Of a stretch of DNA of 64,000 nt, positions 63,730-64,000 are shown piece by piece. The notes under the pieces were generated by a model. The model did not search any database. It saw only the letters and a program-made list of their open reading frames with translations, and was not told the origin of the DNA. Within the stretch, counting starts at the first letter, position 1; each line of letters begins with the position of its first letter. The translations under genes were made by a program, and so were the position numbers. This stretch comes from Mobula birostris (taxonomy: Eukaryota): contig NC_092396.1 of the NCBI RefSeq assembly GCF_030028105.1, positions 17,381,820-17,445,819 on the forward strand. The letters are read 5' to 3'.

Positions 63730-64000
63730 TAAAGTTCAAAGTACGTTTATTATTAAAATATGTATACGACCTTGAGATTTGTCTTCCCACATGCAGCAAC
63801 AACAATGACGAACTACCATAGAACCCATTTAAAGAAAGTCCCCACACAACACAACCATCAAACTTCTGAGGGGAAAGAAAAAGAACAAATTGTGCCAACA
63901 GCAAAAAGCGAACAAATAACAGAACATTAAACTCAAGCCACCGAGTCCCCAAAAGTGAGTCCACAGCCACGAGTCCCTGAGGCAAGGGAAGCCTGTCCAG
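63730..64000 (-). mobile_element. LINE 3' tail running off the window
   Basis: 'aagttcaaagtacgtttattatt' is the reverse complement of the TTTGAAC tail seen on the other Rex1/Babar-type copies. Confidence 0.5.

Overview
This is eukaryotic genomic DNA from a vertebrate, most likely a cartilaginous fish (probably a ray, inferred from the repeat complement). It carries a spliced gene block matching the human 1p36.31 cluster. The last four coding exons of DNAJC11 lie on the + strand (1590-10231). THAP3 (minus strand, 30010-26564) and PHF13 (minus strand, 45812-39268, 320 aa) are complete. A CpG-rich promoter region at about 45.3-47.5 kb probably also drives a divergent + strand transcript whose coding part I cannot find in the window; synteny predicts KLHL21. 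All listed exons have GT-AG boundaries with compatible phases. The rest is mostly decayed mobile DNA: CR1 LINEs, Rex1/Babar-type LINEs, Penelope-like (GIY-YIG) elements, SINEs, several Tc1 elements, a Tigger/pogo element with its deletion derivative, and a four-layer nested insertion. The most notable non-genic signal is a family of fold-back Penelope-derived elements, about 190 bp to 1.75 kb and flanked by target-site duplications (TSDs), that carry minimal hammerhead ribozyme cores. Two such cores are in sense orientation inside DNAJC11 introns. Most ORFs in the six-frame track are spurious or transposon remnants. Repeat boundaries are approximate unless a TIR or TSD is quoted, and all homology calls are from recall rather than a database search.
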